From positions 157,294,001-157,358,000 of the forward strand of contig NC_043000.1 in assembly GCF_006345805.1 (NCBI RefSeq): a stretch of DNA of 64,000 nt. The letters are read 5' to 3'. Made by a program: the position numbers and the translations under genes. This document shows positions 39,033 to 52,794 of this stretch, one piece after another (the stretch's first letter is position 1; the number at the start of each line of letters is the position of its first letter). This DNA is from Octopus sinensis. Its lineage: Eukaryota. The notes beneath the pieces are model-generated. The model saw only the letters and a list, made by a program, of their open reading frames with translations, made no database searches and was not told the DNA's origin.

Positions 39033-39354
39033 CTACACGCACACTCACACAAATATTACAAAGTAGAAGTAATTTTAGCTCTATAAGAAGGCCTAATCTA
39101 CTTTATTGAGTTTTCGTTATTTCTTTATAAGTACGTTCTAATAGGGAGTGTCAAAATGCCTCACTGTAGTGCTCTTACCTCCTCATTGACAGATTTCTAC
39201 TTTGACGAAACGAGTTAACACTTCAAACAAAAATGAATGTAAGAAATGATCCTTTCAAGATGTAATTATTTCATTCTCAACACTGAGTCTTTGATCAATG
39301 GATGAATGAAAATATGGAAGCAAAACAGTACAATTTTCATATTCTCTCTCTCTT

Positions 39355-39409
<55 letters not shown>

Positions 39410-39505
39410 CGGGAAGGTTTACGAAAATAAACAAAAGATGAAGGCAGGTGGAATACAAACAAACAAATGTAATAGTGTAGCGCTCAGGAATAGAAATAAA
39501 ACAAG

Positions 39506-39543
39506 TCTTTTACGTTTCGAGCCTACGCTGTTCATCAGAAAGA
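39506..39543 (-). ncRNA. Type I hammerhead ribozyme, core intact, G10.1C in stem II
   Basis: Minus strand TCTTT-CTGATGA-A-CAGC-GTAG-GCTC-GAA-ACGT-A/AAAGA; same family as 36242. Confidence 0.75.
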
Positions 39544-39588
39544 TACACCGAAGAAAAAAACAAGGAGAGAAAAAATGCGTGTAGGAGC

Positions 39589-39671
<83 letters not shown>

Positions 39672-42600
39672 CTAAAGTGTACGTTGGTCTCTTATATGTA
39701 AGTATATATTTTTCTAAATCTTGTTCGACTCTATATTTCTGTCTATCAGCCCTTTCACGCTTATTCGTTCATTCCACTCTTCGTTCTTTCGTTCCCCTTC
39801 TCTCTCACATTTCTTTGCCTTCTCTTCTTGCTCACTTTCCCTCCACTTTCCCTTCTCTGTGTCCCTGTCATTATTTCTCGCTTCTCCTTAATTCTTCTTT
39901 CCCTCTGCTTCTACTTCTCTCTCTTCTCTTCCCACGCGACCGGCGTTCGGCCAAGCCTGTTCTTTCTTTCTTGGTCTGGCCGTTGTCCGTGCAACATCGA
40001 TATTCCTCCCTGTGTTTGTGTAATCTTATACTCCTGCTGTAAGGCTTCATTTCCACTCACGCCAGCTTAATTTAATTCGTCCTTAGTTGAAAGACACTTG
40101 TTGTTATGTCCTGTTATTAGTTTTATTATTTTTATTGTATTTGCGTAACGTCCGTTTTTGTTCGTCCTTGTTTTTGTATACATTCGTTGCTTTCTTCCAA
40201 GTAATCTAATGCTCTTAGCTTAGTTTTTCCTTGGGGCTGGCCAGATTGGAGCAATCTCAACTATAATGAGCCGAAATTGCGAAGACAATCTGGTACTTGC
40301 CCAAGGAAAGAAAGCTTCGAATGACCCGTCCTTGTTTTCTTTGTATCGTCTATCTGGATGTTTTGTTGTCCCTTTTTGTATCACCTAACTGTCCTGATGT
40401 TTTGCGTTCTTGTCCCATTTGTATTATACACACACACACACCACACACACACACACACGCTCACACACACACATATATAAGACTAGGTTGTCTTGTATGT
40501 ATCTAATTGTGCATGGGTACAAGTTATAGCATATGTGGATCAGTATGTCTTGCTTCACGTATATCTATATACAGGTGTTTGTATGTCTTATATGTGCATA
40601 TATGTACATATTACTGGCCAAAAATTAAAAAAAGTTTTAAATATATATTTCACAGTTCCATTAATGGTATGTAGCTATAGTTTTCTAGTTATATGTTTCA
40701 TTCCGGTTTTATGAAAATCTGCATCTCGGAATTGATACAATGGCATTTAGGAACATAAATAATTACTCTTAAAATCAAAGGTTAAAAAGTAATAATCCAA
40801 GTATAATATCTGTAGATTTTTTTCATTAGTCTTGCTTAGATGCTTGCTTTTTAATGTGCCGAATAATTAATCTCTTGTGCACTTATTTGTTTCTGACCCC
40901 GATTAAAGAGCCTAGTCTGTTATGCTTACAATTTACAGATATTTTGACAGGAACATTCCACTAGTATTCTTTCATATTATCATAGGTAAATATGCTTACA
41001 GAATCACGTCTTATATTTTGATCACCAGGACTATCCTTCGCACAAACTACAATCTATTGTGCTTTTGACGTTACACCACATTTCAGAAATGAATAGTTTC
41101 TTAATGACATTTGAGGGTAATTGCTTATATGAGTCACTCTTGCGTTTGTTTCATAAATTCTACAACTTTAATCACGCCTAAATGTTTTAACCGCATTCTT
41201 ATTCTTTTTTATACATTAAATATTTCCTGCTTCTAAATTGCAATAGCATATCTTTCAAAGTGACAGCTACAACATCCGTTCTTGGTCTAAGGCAGATAAT
41301 TCTGGTTACCAATGTTATAGTCACTATAAAGCATTCTGACTATATAACAGCGCATGACCTTCCGTTCATAAGCAAAAGGTAATTTATCTGATGATCTGCG
41401 CAACTTCTCTGAGTGTGCATCTCTGTTCACTTGACAAAGAATGCTTTCGAACGAGTTCCTTTCTAACTACAAAGATTCTGTTTGCTGTTGCTCGAGTACT
41501 TGACCCATTGCTACTCTTCGTTGTTTGATGGTAGATAAATACTTTCGACAAGATATGGTGAGTCATTTAAAAGCTATTTTAATTGATGTTAAACCCGTGC
41601 ATCTGTGTTTTCGTTTAATGTAAAGATTGTCAACATCGCAATGGATGTAGGAATTTATGATACCAGTTGATAGTATTGTGGTTTTAACATCAAAAGCCAG
41701 GATCTTATTTAGCATCCAATAAATCATCCCAAATTGAGTAACACTACAGCAAGCACACTTTAGGTTACTGATTTATTGCCTGAAGGAAGTTTCGGAGACC
41801 GTATATTTATTATCCGAGTGTAATAATCTTTGGTAAGATACCTCTTGTTAAGTGTGCCTCCATAGGGTATATTTTCATTCATCCATTGATACCCATAGCA
41901 TTCCTCGTCTGTTACCGAGAAAATAGAACCAACATAGCGATATTGTTAAACTGTTTCGGCAATCAGGTTGGAAAATTTATTCTGGCTAAACTCCATCCTT
42001 TGAGAATGACGTATTCAAGTGAAAGCTGTTCTTCATACCATTCAAATTTTTGGTCTGCTCTTTCAGGTCGTTCGCAAAGAAACTATTTATTAAGTTGGTG
42101 GTTCTATCTTCCTGTAATCCATTCACTTACCATTTAACTCAACTGACGCTGCTGTATCAATTTTTCCCTGTCTTTTTCTTTCAGTGTTGCTCTGGGTCAA
42201 GTATAGGAGGCCCGAGATGGCATCTGTGTCAGACCGCTAAAACATAGTAACCCTATATAATACAGTGTATGTATATCAGTATGTATATACGAATGAATGT
42301 ATGACTCACATATAAACACACATATATATTTGTATGTATATAATGAGTATGAATACACACTCACGCACTGAGAACATACACATAGCTATTATTGGCAAAT
42401 AATTCCACACACACACACATCCATCTGTCTAACTATCTATCTATGGAAATATCTATTTATCTAGCAATGAATAAATTCTTCCCATTAATCTACCACTGCA
42501 ATTATTCATGTCAATACGATAATTTGATCACTCTCTCCTTTCAGATTTTCTCACGAATCTTTAAATTCTTTACATCTTTCTATTGTTTTCCTGTGCTCGA

Positions 42601-42825
42601 AAATGTAATGAGGATCTTTTTTTTCTGAATGACATCTGCTATAACCCCAATTTCCTATTACTTTCAAATTCTCTTTTAATCACTTGAGATCGTTAACATC
42701 TCGCATTTGCACTATTTTCTTATTCCGAATTAATAATAAAGCACACGCACACAAACATATTTTTATTGTATAAGTTTTATCTGTATATTGTTAGAAGGCC
42801 TAAAGTACAAAAGAGGAAGAGACGT

Positions 42826-42945
<120 letters not shown>

Positions 42946-43153
42946 CATATGCACAAGGCCTGGAATTTTGGGGGAAGGATTTAAATCGATTACATCAACC
43001 CCAGTACTCAACTGGTACTTTTATTTATCGAGCCGGAAAAGATGAAAGGCAAAGGCGACCTCGGCAGAATTTGAACTCAGGACATGAAGACGGACGAAAT
43101 GCTGCTAAGCATTTTGCCCAGCGTGCTAGCGATTCTGCCAGTCCTCCGCGTTA

Positions 43154-43189
<36 letters not shown>

Positions 43190-43290
43190 GCTACTACTAC
43201 TGCTACTACTACTACTACTACTACTACTACTAATGATAATAATAATGATAATAATATGTAATAATACAAATGTAAAGCAAAAGTCTAACA

Positions 43291-43321
<31 letters not shown>

Positions 43322-43826
43322 AATAGATCATTTACATTTTAAGGCAATATGAGGAATATTAGATTCTAAGATTTAACAACATAAAGGCTCTGATTGGCAT
43401 GGAGGGTAGAGGGCAACGGAGGAAAATCATAAGCGCAGAGATGCGCCTTCTTACGTTCTGAGTTCAAAGATGGCTTTGCATTTCATCCTTCAAGAGTCGA
43501 TATAATAAGTACCGGCGTCGATTTTAATTGACTGTATCCTATCCCCTAAATTTTGCTCTTGTGAGCAAACGTTAGAAATCAATATTAGGAAAAATGAAAG
43601 GAAAAGAAAAAGAATAATTCCGGATGTCAGCAACGGCAAAGCTTCGGATCAAATTACTTGCGTTATTTCATTTTTACTTCATGTTGCAAATCCAAAAAAA
43701 AAAAAAAAAAATAGAAATGAAGATTCTACCTTGTTTGATTTCGCTTTTCATCTTGCTGGTGTCGATAAAATGATTACAGATCAGTAGACCGAAAATCTGG
43801 GGAATCTTTTAAATGAAACAGACACA

Positions 43827-43867
<41 letters not shown>

Positions 43868-44151
43868 GCACACACACACACACGTTGATGCCTTAAGAAT
43901 TTTATGAACTTTGGAGAGAATGTTAGCTAATAATAATAATAATTTTTTTTGTACTATCTCGAAGAACATATATCAAATTATAAATAATCGCATGTAAATT
44001 TTGCGTTGAAAACCCATTTGGATAGAAGAAATCGAGGGCTGCCCCTCGAACTCACATGCCCCACGGAGAGCTTTTCCAACCTAATATTTACATACTGTTA
44101 TTTATAGCTTTACGCGTGTGCTTCGAGATATTCCAAAACTCTGTGTGTGTG

Positions 44152-44206
<55 letters not shown>

Positions 44207-44884
44207 ATTATGTATGTATGTATGTATGTATGTATGTATGTATGTATGTATATATATATATATTCTTTCATTTTTTCATTTGTTTCAGTTACTTGACTGC
44301 GGCCATGCTAGAGCACCACTTTTTGTCAAACAAATCGACCCCAGGACTACTTATTTGTAAGCCTAGTACTTACTGTATCGGTGTGTTTTGCCGAACTGCT
44401 AAGTTACGAGGACGTAAACACACCAATATCGGTTGTAGAAAGGATTATTTCGCTGATACTGTTGTTTTTTTTTTATCGATTCTAGAAATATGAAAAGCAT
44501 AGATGGTCTAGGCAGGGTTTCAACACATTTGAACACAGAACCTGAAAGAAAGTAGCTAAATATCTACTCTGTATCGATTGTGCATCTACTGACCTCTTAA
44601 TATTTCTAATTGCTTTTGATTTAGGTACAACTGACCCTTCAACGATTTTGTCATCCATCGATCCTAGCCAACAATAAATAATGGTTTCTGATTTGCGTGC
44701 AAAGCCAGCAATTTTGTGGGGAGGGTTAGACAACTCTATCGACCCCCGTACTTAACCGATGTTTTATTCTATCGACCTTAAAATGATGAAAAGAAAATTC
44801 GACATAAAGAACCGGAAAAAAATGCCACACATTTGTGCTCTCGTGTGCCATCTTTAAACATCAATATTTATTAATTATTCTTTT

Positions 44885-45094
44885 CTACTCTAGGCGCAAG
44901 GCCCGAAATTTTGGGGGAGAGGGCCAATCAATTAGATCGACCCCAGTACGCAACTGGTACTTAATTTATTGACCCCGAAAGGATGAAAGGCAAAGTCGAC
45001 CTCTTGCGGAATTTGGACTCAGAACGTAAAGACAGACGAAATACCGCTAAGTATTTCGCCCGGCGTGCTAACGTGTCTCCCAGCTCACCGCCTT
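44885..45094 (-). mobile_element. tRNA-derived SINE family B (short-tail variant)
   Basis: Same head and body. Further copies at ~14912-15120(-), 42945-43152(-), 53827-54040(+), 54107-54320(+), 59235-59445(+), 60925-61141(-), plus many fragments. Confidence 0.85.
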
Positions 45095-46680
45095 GTATTT
45101 ATTAATTATTGAATGATATCGGTTGTCAGGAGCGACAGAGTAACATTAAATTGTGTGTAGTGTTTATTATTTTTTTCGACAGTAAAGATTCTGCCAGCTC
45201 ACCGCCCTTTTACAGCTTCATATGAAGGGAGTAGGATTCGTCTATATTGTAGAACTCACTACTTGACTGGTACTTATTTTATTGACTCCATTAAGATGAA
45301 AGGTAAAGTTAACCTTCGCGGAACTTGAATTCTGGATGTAAAGAATCTGGATAAATGCTGCAGTGCAGTTTTCTCGATGTTCTAACAATTCTGCCAATGT
45401 ATCGTCTTTGTAAAAGAATAATAATGGTTCCGAATTTTGGCTCAAGGCCAGCGACTATGGGAGTAAGTAGGTTACATGGATCCCAGCACTTAACTGGTAC
45501 TTTGTTTTATCTGCCCAACAAAAGATGAAAAGCCGTGGCGGGATTTGAACCCAGAACTTTAACAGATAGAAGAAATGTCGCTAAGCATTTTTATCCGACG
45601 AGCGAACGAGTCTGATAGCTCACCGTTTATTTTCTAAATGATAATAATTATCTCAAATTTTGGCCACACGTGTTCAACCGGTACTTATTTTATCGACTCC
45701 GAAAGGCAAAGTCTACCTCGGTGGAATATGCACTCTGAGTATAGCGACGGATGAAACACCGCTAAGAGCTTCGTCCAGCGTGCTACCGATTCTGCCAGGT
45801 CGCCACCTTTTTCTAAATGATAATAATTATTTAAAATATAAGCACAAAGCCAGATGTTTTGAAGCGAAGATTGTGATGAAGGTGGAACAGAGTCGATTAC
45901 ATCAATCCCAATATCATGACTGGTATTTTTTACTATTGAACTTGACAGGAAGAAAGAAGGCAAATATGACCTTGGTGGAATTTGAACACAGAACGTAAAG
46001 ACGTAACTAAATACCGAGTCTTTAATGATTCAGTGATCCAACGACCCCTTGCAAACAATAATAATGACAACCACTGCTGAACAACAACAAGAATAACAAC
46101 AACATCAAAAAACTACTAAGGCAATTGCAAGAACGGAACGAACAGCATTATTAAGGAAATATTAATTAAAAAACGAAAATCAATATTATTAATAGAGATT
46201 TTAAAGGATTCTTTAATGAACAAAAATCAATGAATAAGAAAGACACTGGGAAAACTACAAGAAACAAAGAACGGAATATGAACCGATATCTCAATTATGA
46301 AGGTAAAAAAACTGAAATTTCTTCCAAGAAAAGATACTTTGAAATTCACAATGATATCTTTTCTATCGAATAATAATGATTTTTAATATATGACAGAAAG
46401 CTATAAATTTGATGGGAAGGTATAATCAATTAACTTGTTCTCGGGAATTGAAACATATTTATTTTATCGACGCCGGAAAGATGAAATGCTAGGCTGACCC
46501 TCAACAGGATTTGAACGCAAAATGCAAGAGTAGTGGTATGCTATGCCTGGACAAAACAAACGTTATTGCTGGAATGCTTTTGATCCATCGACGCTCTATC
46601 AATTCGTCGCATACTGTCATTGAGCAATAATGATTTCTAACAAAAACAGCAAGCTGTATATATATATATATATATATATA

Positions 46681-46933
46681 TCACCGTGACCGACCAGGCT
46701 ATCAGATGTTGCTACACATCGCTGGTCACAATGCGCTTCGCATTGTTTTAGACTTCAAATGATGCCACCCGCTCGTTAAGCGAGCAGGCCAACAGAAGAA
46801 AGAGTACAGCAGGGATCGCCCCCCCCACCTACCGGATCCCCGTGGAGCTTTAGGTGTTTTCGCTCAATAAACACTCACAACGCCCGGTCTGGTAATCGAA
46901 ACCGCGATCCTACGACCGAGAGTCCGCTACCCT
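46681..46933 (-). mobile_element. tRNA-derived SINE family C, third 3' module
   Basis: Same head and body, with 3' half ggcatcatttgaagtctaaaacaatgcgaagcgcattgtgaccagcgatg. This tail occurs alone at ~37015-37125. Confidence 0.8.
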
Positions 46934-49454
46934 ATATATATATATATATATAAACTGATACAATCAGTTCCCTAGTAATTTGTTGTTAGTGAGCGTCCAG
47001 ATGTATTTGGAACATCTATTGCAGGACTCCAAACAAACATAAGGGTGAAACGAGCGTAGGAATTTAATATAAACTTGTCTTTATCCTTATTTTTAATATA
47101 TGAGTATTTGTGATATAAATTTCTGCATACGCAGTCAGATACCACAAGCAAAGCACCATAGTTTCATGCCCTCATTCTCTTAAGCGACGGATTAATGGGT
47201 TTTCTCGAACGTTCTTGAATTTGGCTTCTGGTCCCCTATAAAAACCGTTAAACACACATTTTTTCAGGCAGATGTCCCAGGAAAACCAGGCAGCTCAGAT
47301 AGATGATAAAGAATCTCTGTCGTCACGAACATAGTGTAACTGATTCCAGATATGCTGGGAAAACTGCATGTTGCCATATAAATAGCTTTCTGTAATCTCA
47401 GAGAAGTATCTCTCTCCAAGTCTATAATAATTGCCGATGTTATCTGTAAATGGCCAACGCAATTTGCCTTAATGTGCGACAATAAATTATTTTGTTAAAT
47501 ATTCGTGGGTGTTCAGTTACTTCTTCACGCGGCCAAGAAACATTTCCATTCATTAACTCAACCAGCTACCATAGCAGCATCGAAGAAACACTATGATATT
47601 ACTCGTGACACCCCCCCCACACACACATTGTGGGATTACCTTCACTGCACTTCCAATACTTCATAGGAACTTGATATATCAACCCAAGAATGAGGTGGGG
47701 GAGGGAAAAATTGACCTCTGCGGGGTTTCAACTCAAATGCTGAACTTAAAGAAACGTAGTTTAATACTGATAGAATCTAACGATTCTGCTATTATACCGC
47801 CCTTTTCTCTGGAATAATTATTTTTAATTTAGGTACTTGACTAATAATCTTATGGACAAGATCAGTCGCTTGTATCGACCTCAGTATTTGACTGGTACTC
47901 TATTATATCGAGCGCAAAAGAAAAAAAGACGAAGTTGACCTCGAGGTGAACTTTAATTCGGAACGCATAACATCGCAACTAAATACTGTAAAGCACTTTG
48001 ACCAACGGTCTAACGAGTCTGCCAATCTGCAGAAGTATCTGAATTGTAACAAGTCATATGTATTTACAACTGTACGAATCGCAGTAGTGTGCTCTCAAAG
48101 AATTCAATGAACTATCCATGGCTATGTTACCTTGCCTTAAACTAAGTGCATTGACGTGTCATATTACCAAGCGGCACGTAGAAAGAGACGTAATTAAATT
48201 GGGGATGGTACTTCTGGCCAATGTTTTAACTGTCTATTCCCAATATATCGAGCTTTCTTCTTTTCTCAATCTCTTTATCTGAGTTGTTTCTTATTATATG
48301 GAAAATGAATCTTATCGTTCACTGCGCAAATCGTGCACGATTCCTCTATTATGACAAAGTGTAGAAAGATACAAGTAAAAAAGCTTCAGCGTGTCTCTAA
48401 GATCCAAACGAATAATTCGTAATAAATTAAAAAGGACTACTCCAAGCGCACACATATACGCACTCACACACACATACACACACGCGCGCGAGCGTATAAA
48501 AATCAAAGAAAGATGAATTACTTTGTTACCAGAATATATTGATTACAAAAATTATGTGAAAGCATATCGTTGAGTCGATTGAATGGAAAACTCCAAAGGA
48601 AAGCGACTATGGTACAAAGACACTTAATTCTCAAATGGGTCATTCTATATAAGCGGAGAGTGTTATGGCAAAGGTGTGCAACTGAGCACAATAAATAATG
48701 GCAACGCTGTATAATCAAAGATCGTTTCAAAATCCTGATATTAAATTCCTGGATGACTTCTGAAGTGTGCCTACGGACAAATTCGTTATAGCTTGTGTTC
48801 CATGGCTGCATTACCAGAAGAATCTAAAACAACGACAGTCAATTCGATATAATTAATTCTTTCTACCCTCATAAATATCAATAGGTTCGATATAGGTACT
48901 ATTGATCATTGACTTGGATGTTGTAGTCATGAATGCCATGTACACGAAGAAAAGGGTGGGTCATGGTAGTCAGATCATTTGGGTGTGGCCTGAGTTCAAA
49001 CAACTGCAAGAACAACTGCACTATCGTCGTCATCGTCATCATCATCATCATCATCATCAACAACAACTTTACCCTATTGGTCACATTCATTGATATGTTT
49101 TGACGAATAATTTTAGAACACAAAATTAAGCTTATTCTTTATGTCCTTACAGCCCTGACGTATCAAAAATTGGATCTTTAAGTTCTCAGGTGCCACATTC
49201 TTAGTTAAACACACTTGTAATTTTTTCCCCTGGGGCTTTTGAAAACTGCAGTAATTGCAGTTGTCGTCTGACCGCAGTCTAGCTCTGATCAAGCGGATTT
49301 ATGATCAAAAATATTCCATTCACGACCACCCTGCTTTTTCGTTTTCTGATTTAGTGTTCCCTTGGACAACATTATTCCATATCCAATATTTTACTAATAC
49401 AGTATGGTGCAGTTTAAGCAAAACTGGATCATATAAATGCTCCCTTATAAAAAA

Positions 49455-49848
49455 CTAGCAGTATTGCCCGGCGTTGCTCGGGTTTGTAAGGGAAATAACT
49501 ATAAAGCATTTTTAGAGAGTTATAGCCAAAAATAGCAAAAAAATGCATTAAAAATGGAAAAAAATGATGGTAATTTTTTTTTAAATCGTTGACTCATCGT
49601 AGACATTTTTAGAGAGTTACTTCCCTTATATAATAGCGAAAAAATGCATTAAAATGGAAAAAAATGATGGTAAATTATTTTTAAAATCGTAGACTCATCG
49701 TAAACGCGCGCTAATACCCAGAAGGGCTTGATATGAATCACGACTATAATATACCCGGTTTTGGTTAAACTGCACCGCAAAATGTGGGAGTAGTTAGGAA
49801 TCTAAATCGTAGGAGACAGACACACAACCTTACTTTTATATATAAAGA
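49455..49848 (-). mobile_element. Non-autonomous Helitron, same family as 1361-1873
   Basis: Minus strand A|TC...cccgagcaacgccgggcaatactgCTAG|T. Shares the 5' ~200 nt and 3' end with the 1361 copy but has a different, internally duplicated middle. Confidence 0.85.
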
Positions 49849-50473
49849 TGTGAAAGTCGATTATTTTTCTGCGAGTTATTCTAAGTTAGAAGAGTCAAAC
49901 TTCCCGCCAAAACTCTATCTGCGTTCACTCGACTACGTATTTTCCTGCAAATTATCCTATATAATCGATATTTGATTATTACCAATTACTATGTTATTTA
50001 TGTTATATTATCTTAAGCGTCATATTGGATATCGCTTCTTGGTGACGTACTATTGTTGTTGTTGTCGCTTTGATATCATCAAAGTAGTCTTGGTATTGCT
50101 AATGAAGTGGTCAGACTAGTATTAACTCTACTGACCTCCTTGTATTTGTTGTGGCTTTTTGTATTTAGATTGTATATATGTATATATATACATGTATGCA
50201 TGTATATATATATAAATGTATGTATGTGTATATATGTATATGTTTATATATGTATATATACATATGCATGTATATATGCATAAATATATTTATATATATA
50301 TGTATGTATATATTCATGTATGTATATGTATATATATATATATATATAAATATATATATGTATGTATATATGTATTTATATATGTGTATATATATGTTTG
50401 TATATATGTATATATATGTATATACGTGAGTGTATGTGTTTGCGTGTGCGCATATGCAAGTATATTTCTGTAT

Positions 50474-50509
<36 letters not shown>

Positions 50510-51081
50510 CGATGTAGACATATGTACATAAATGTGTGAAAATGAGAAAGCGAATTTGAAACATTAGAAAGCCATTAATACGCGAAACAATAAAATGCCA
50601 TCAGCAACGTCCCCATCCTCCTCCGTATTAAAGTCTTTGAGTTCGTCCGTTTTTCCTTCCTCTTCCCTGAGTCATAATCTGCATCATAATTATCACTATG
50701 GCAAATAATCATAATAATAACAACAACAACGACAGCAACACTACGACTACAAATTTCTAATTAAAATAAAAAAAAGCAATCATTTTAATGAATTGTATAT
50801 GTAAGGATTCAATAAAAAAGTTTTAACGGAAAATAAAGCAAAAACAATAAAACTATGCGATATCAAGAAAATACGAATCGAAAAGCGATGAGAAATTTAT
50901 AGAAAAAATGTCAGAGCTGGAATGGCCGTCGAGATATATTACTAACAGAAGAGTCGAGATTTCTTTCCTTATCGCCGTTGTACTGAAGTATGATTGAAGG
51001 CAGATTTTGACTGCGATTTTTAGTAGGTCGAGTGATCATGTAGATTCTCTTCATTGCGTGCGCACATACACATGCACACGA

Positions 51082-51116
<35 letters not shown>

Positions 51117-51559
51117 CATATATAGATATACATACATAAGATATATATATGAAAAAAGCAGATAAAATCAGAATTAAGATACATATAGTAACCATGGAAG
51201 ATTTAGGAAACCAGAGATTACAACCAACAATTCGAACATCCCGGATGGACTAATATGCGTAAGAAGGAACGGAGAAGAGATATAAATTTCACAAGACATA
51301 AAATAAATAAGGGACATGGAATGCACTCTTGCTTACAAAGAAACGACAAGACACTTCCAGAGCGGCAATGTTATTAATTTTTTCTGTTAAAAGGGAAAAT
51401 ATACTACAAGCCGACTCGAGACTTGGCGAAAGATAGAATCTAAATAACTTTACGAAATATATGGAGCCTAAAATTATCAATTCATCAAAGAATTGAAATT
51501 AATTTTCTCTTCTTAGTTTTTCAGTTTATCTCTATACATAGAAGCGGCTATTAAAAACT

Positions 51560-52130
51560 TCAATGCCTCATCTCCATCTTTAAAATGTTTCGACAATAGG
51601 AACGAAAATAATGAGTATGTTACAAAAATGTGTACAATTTCAGCCATATAAAGAGAGCGGTAAACATTTCAACACGTATATTGATGTGATATTTAAATTC
51701 TCAATGAACACTCGCAAATGTAAATTAAACCTTCGTAAAGAAGAAAAAGAGGCGCTATAAACGGAATTTAGCACCAAAGCTATACTCTTAGTACTGTAAC
51801 AGAAAACTTTAATTTTGGCGGAAAACGTATAATCATATAAAGACAACAGGCATGGATACAACGTTGTCACCCTCGCATACTAACCTAGTGATGGGTTATT
51901 TAGAAGAAAACCTATTCCACGAAGTAGAGTCGTCGATACTTGGACAAAGTTCTGAGAAGTACACTATTGAGAACTGGAAATATTTCCTCGATGGCTGCTC
52001 TATATTTTGGGACAAATCAAATACTCCAAAATTAAATGCATAAAAACTCTATAGAGACACTAACAAGTTTTTAAAGAATGACTTTTACAGACGAGCTAGA
52101 ATGAGCCACCACCGGATACTAATGATGTTG
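51560..52130 (+). mobile_element. Decayed Penelope-like RT fragment
   Basis: GMDTTLSPSHTNLVMGYLEENLF...NWKYFLDGCSIFWD resembles AMGTxxAPxYANLxMGxxE...RYxDD. Confidence 0.7.
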
Positions 52131-52794
52131 ATATTACTACATTTGTTGTGTCGTAAGAGAGCAATTACGCCAGTAATAATAACACACGCACAAGGTCATT
52201 ACCAATTCTTTGGTGTTAGTAAAATTGTTAACTAACCAACTAACTAATCGATTGTTTGTTTAATGTGCTGGTTAAACAATAAATTCGTTGCTTGTTATAC
52301 AAAGTTCTTTCGTCGTTGTTTGCGAACTTAATGACTTCTCAAACACACACAAATGTATTATGGAACATTTAAAAACCTATTTAAGTATCTTGAGCAAAAG
52401 TAATTTAACCATTGAATGACTTCTACAGACTAAAATCAACAATTTATTGAAATTGATAAACAGCTAAATATTTCGAGGCAAACTTGTCCTCAAAAAACCG
52501 TCACAGAAATTATTTGCTTTTTACAATGTTATTAAACAGTTCGAATATGCCAGTGGCACGTTCGAACTCGTAAACAAGCCATTCACTGTGTTCTGTCATG
52601 GAGAAAATTTCTCTCTGTAGACAAATGGTGTAAATACCCCTAAATTAGCTCGCAGCGTCACATATCCAGACTGTGAGGTGCAAGCATTTCGGAGTGGTTA
52701 TCTCCTCTTTAGTTACAGAAACCGGACGATGGTTTTGAATTGTTGTTTTTTCCCATTGTGGGAAAAATGGAGATAACGCCAGCAGGTGGTCACA

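Noticed and set aside
42040-42100. FLCERP on the minus strand resembling KCNQ YNFLERP
   Set aside because: Flanking residues and splice sites do not match.
47250-47480. Stop-poor complex segment (also 5080-5260 and 48520-48830)
   Set aside because: No recognisable motif in any frame.
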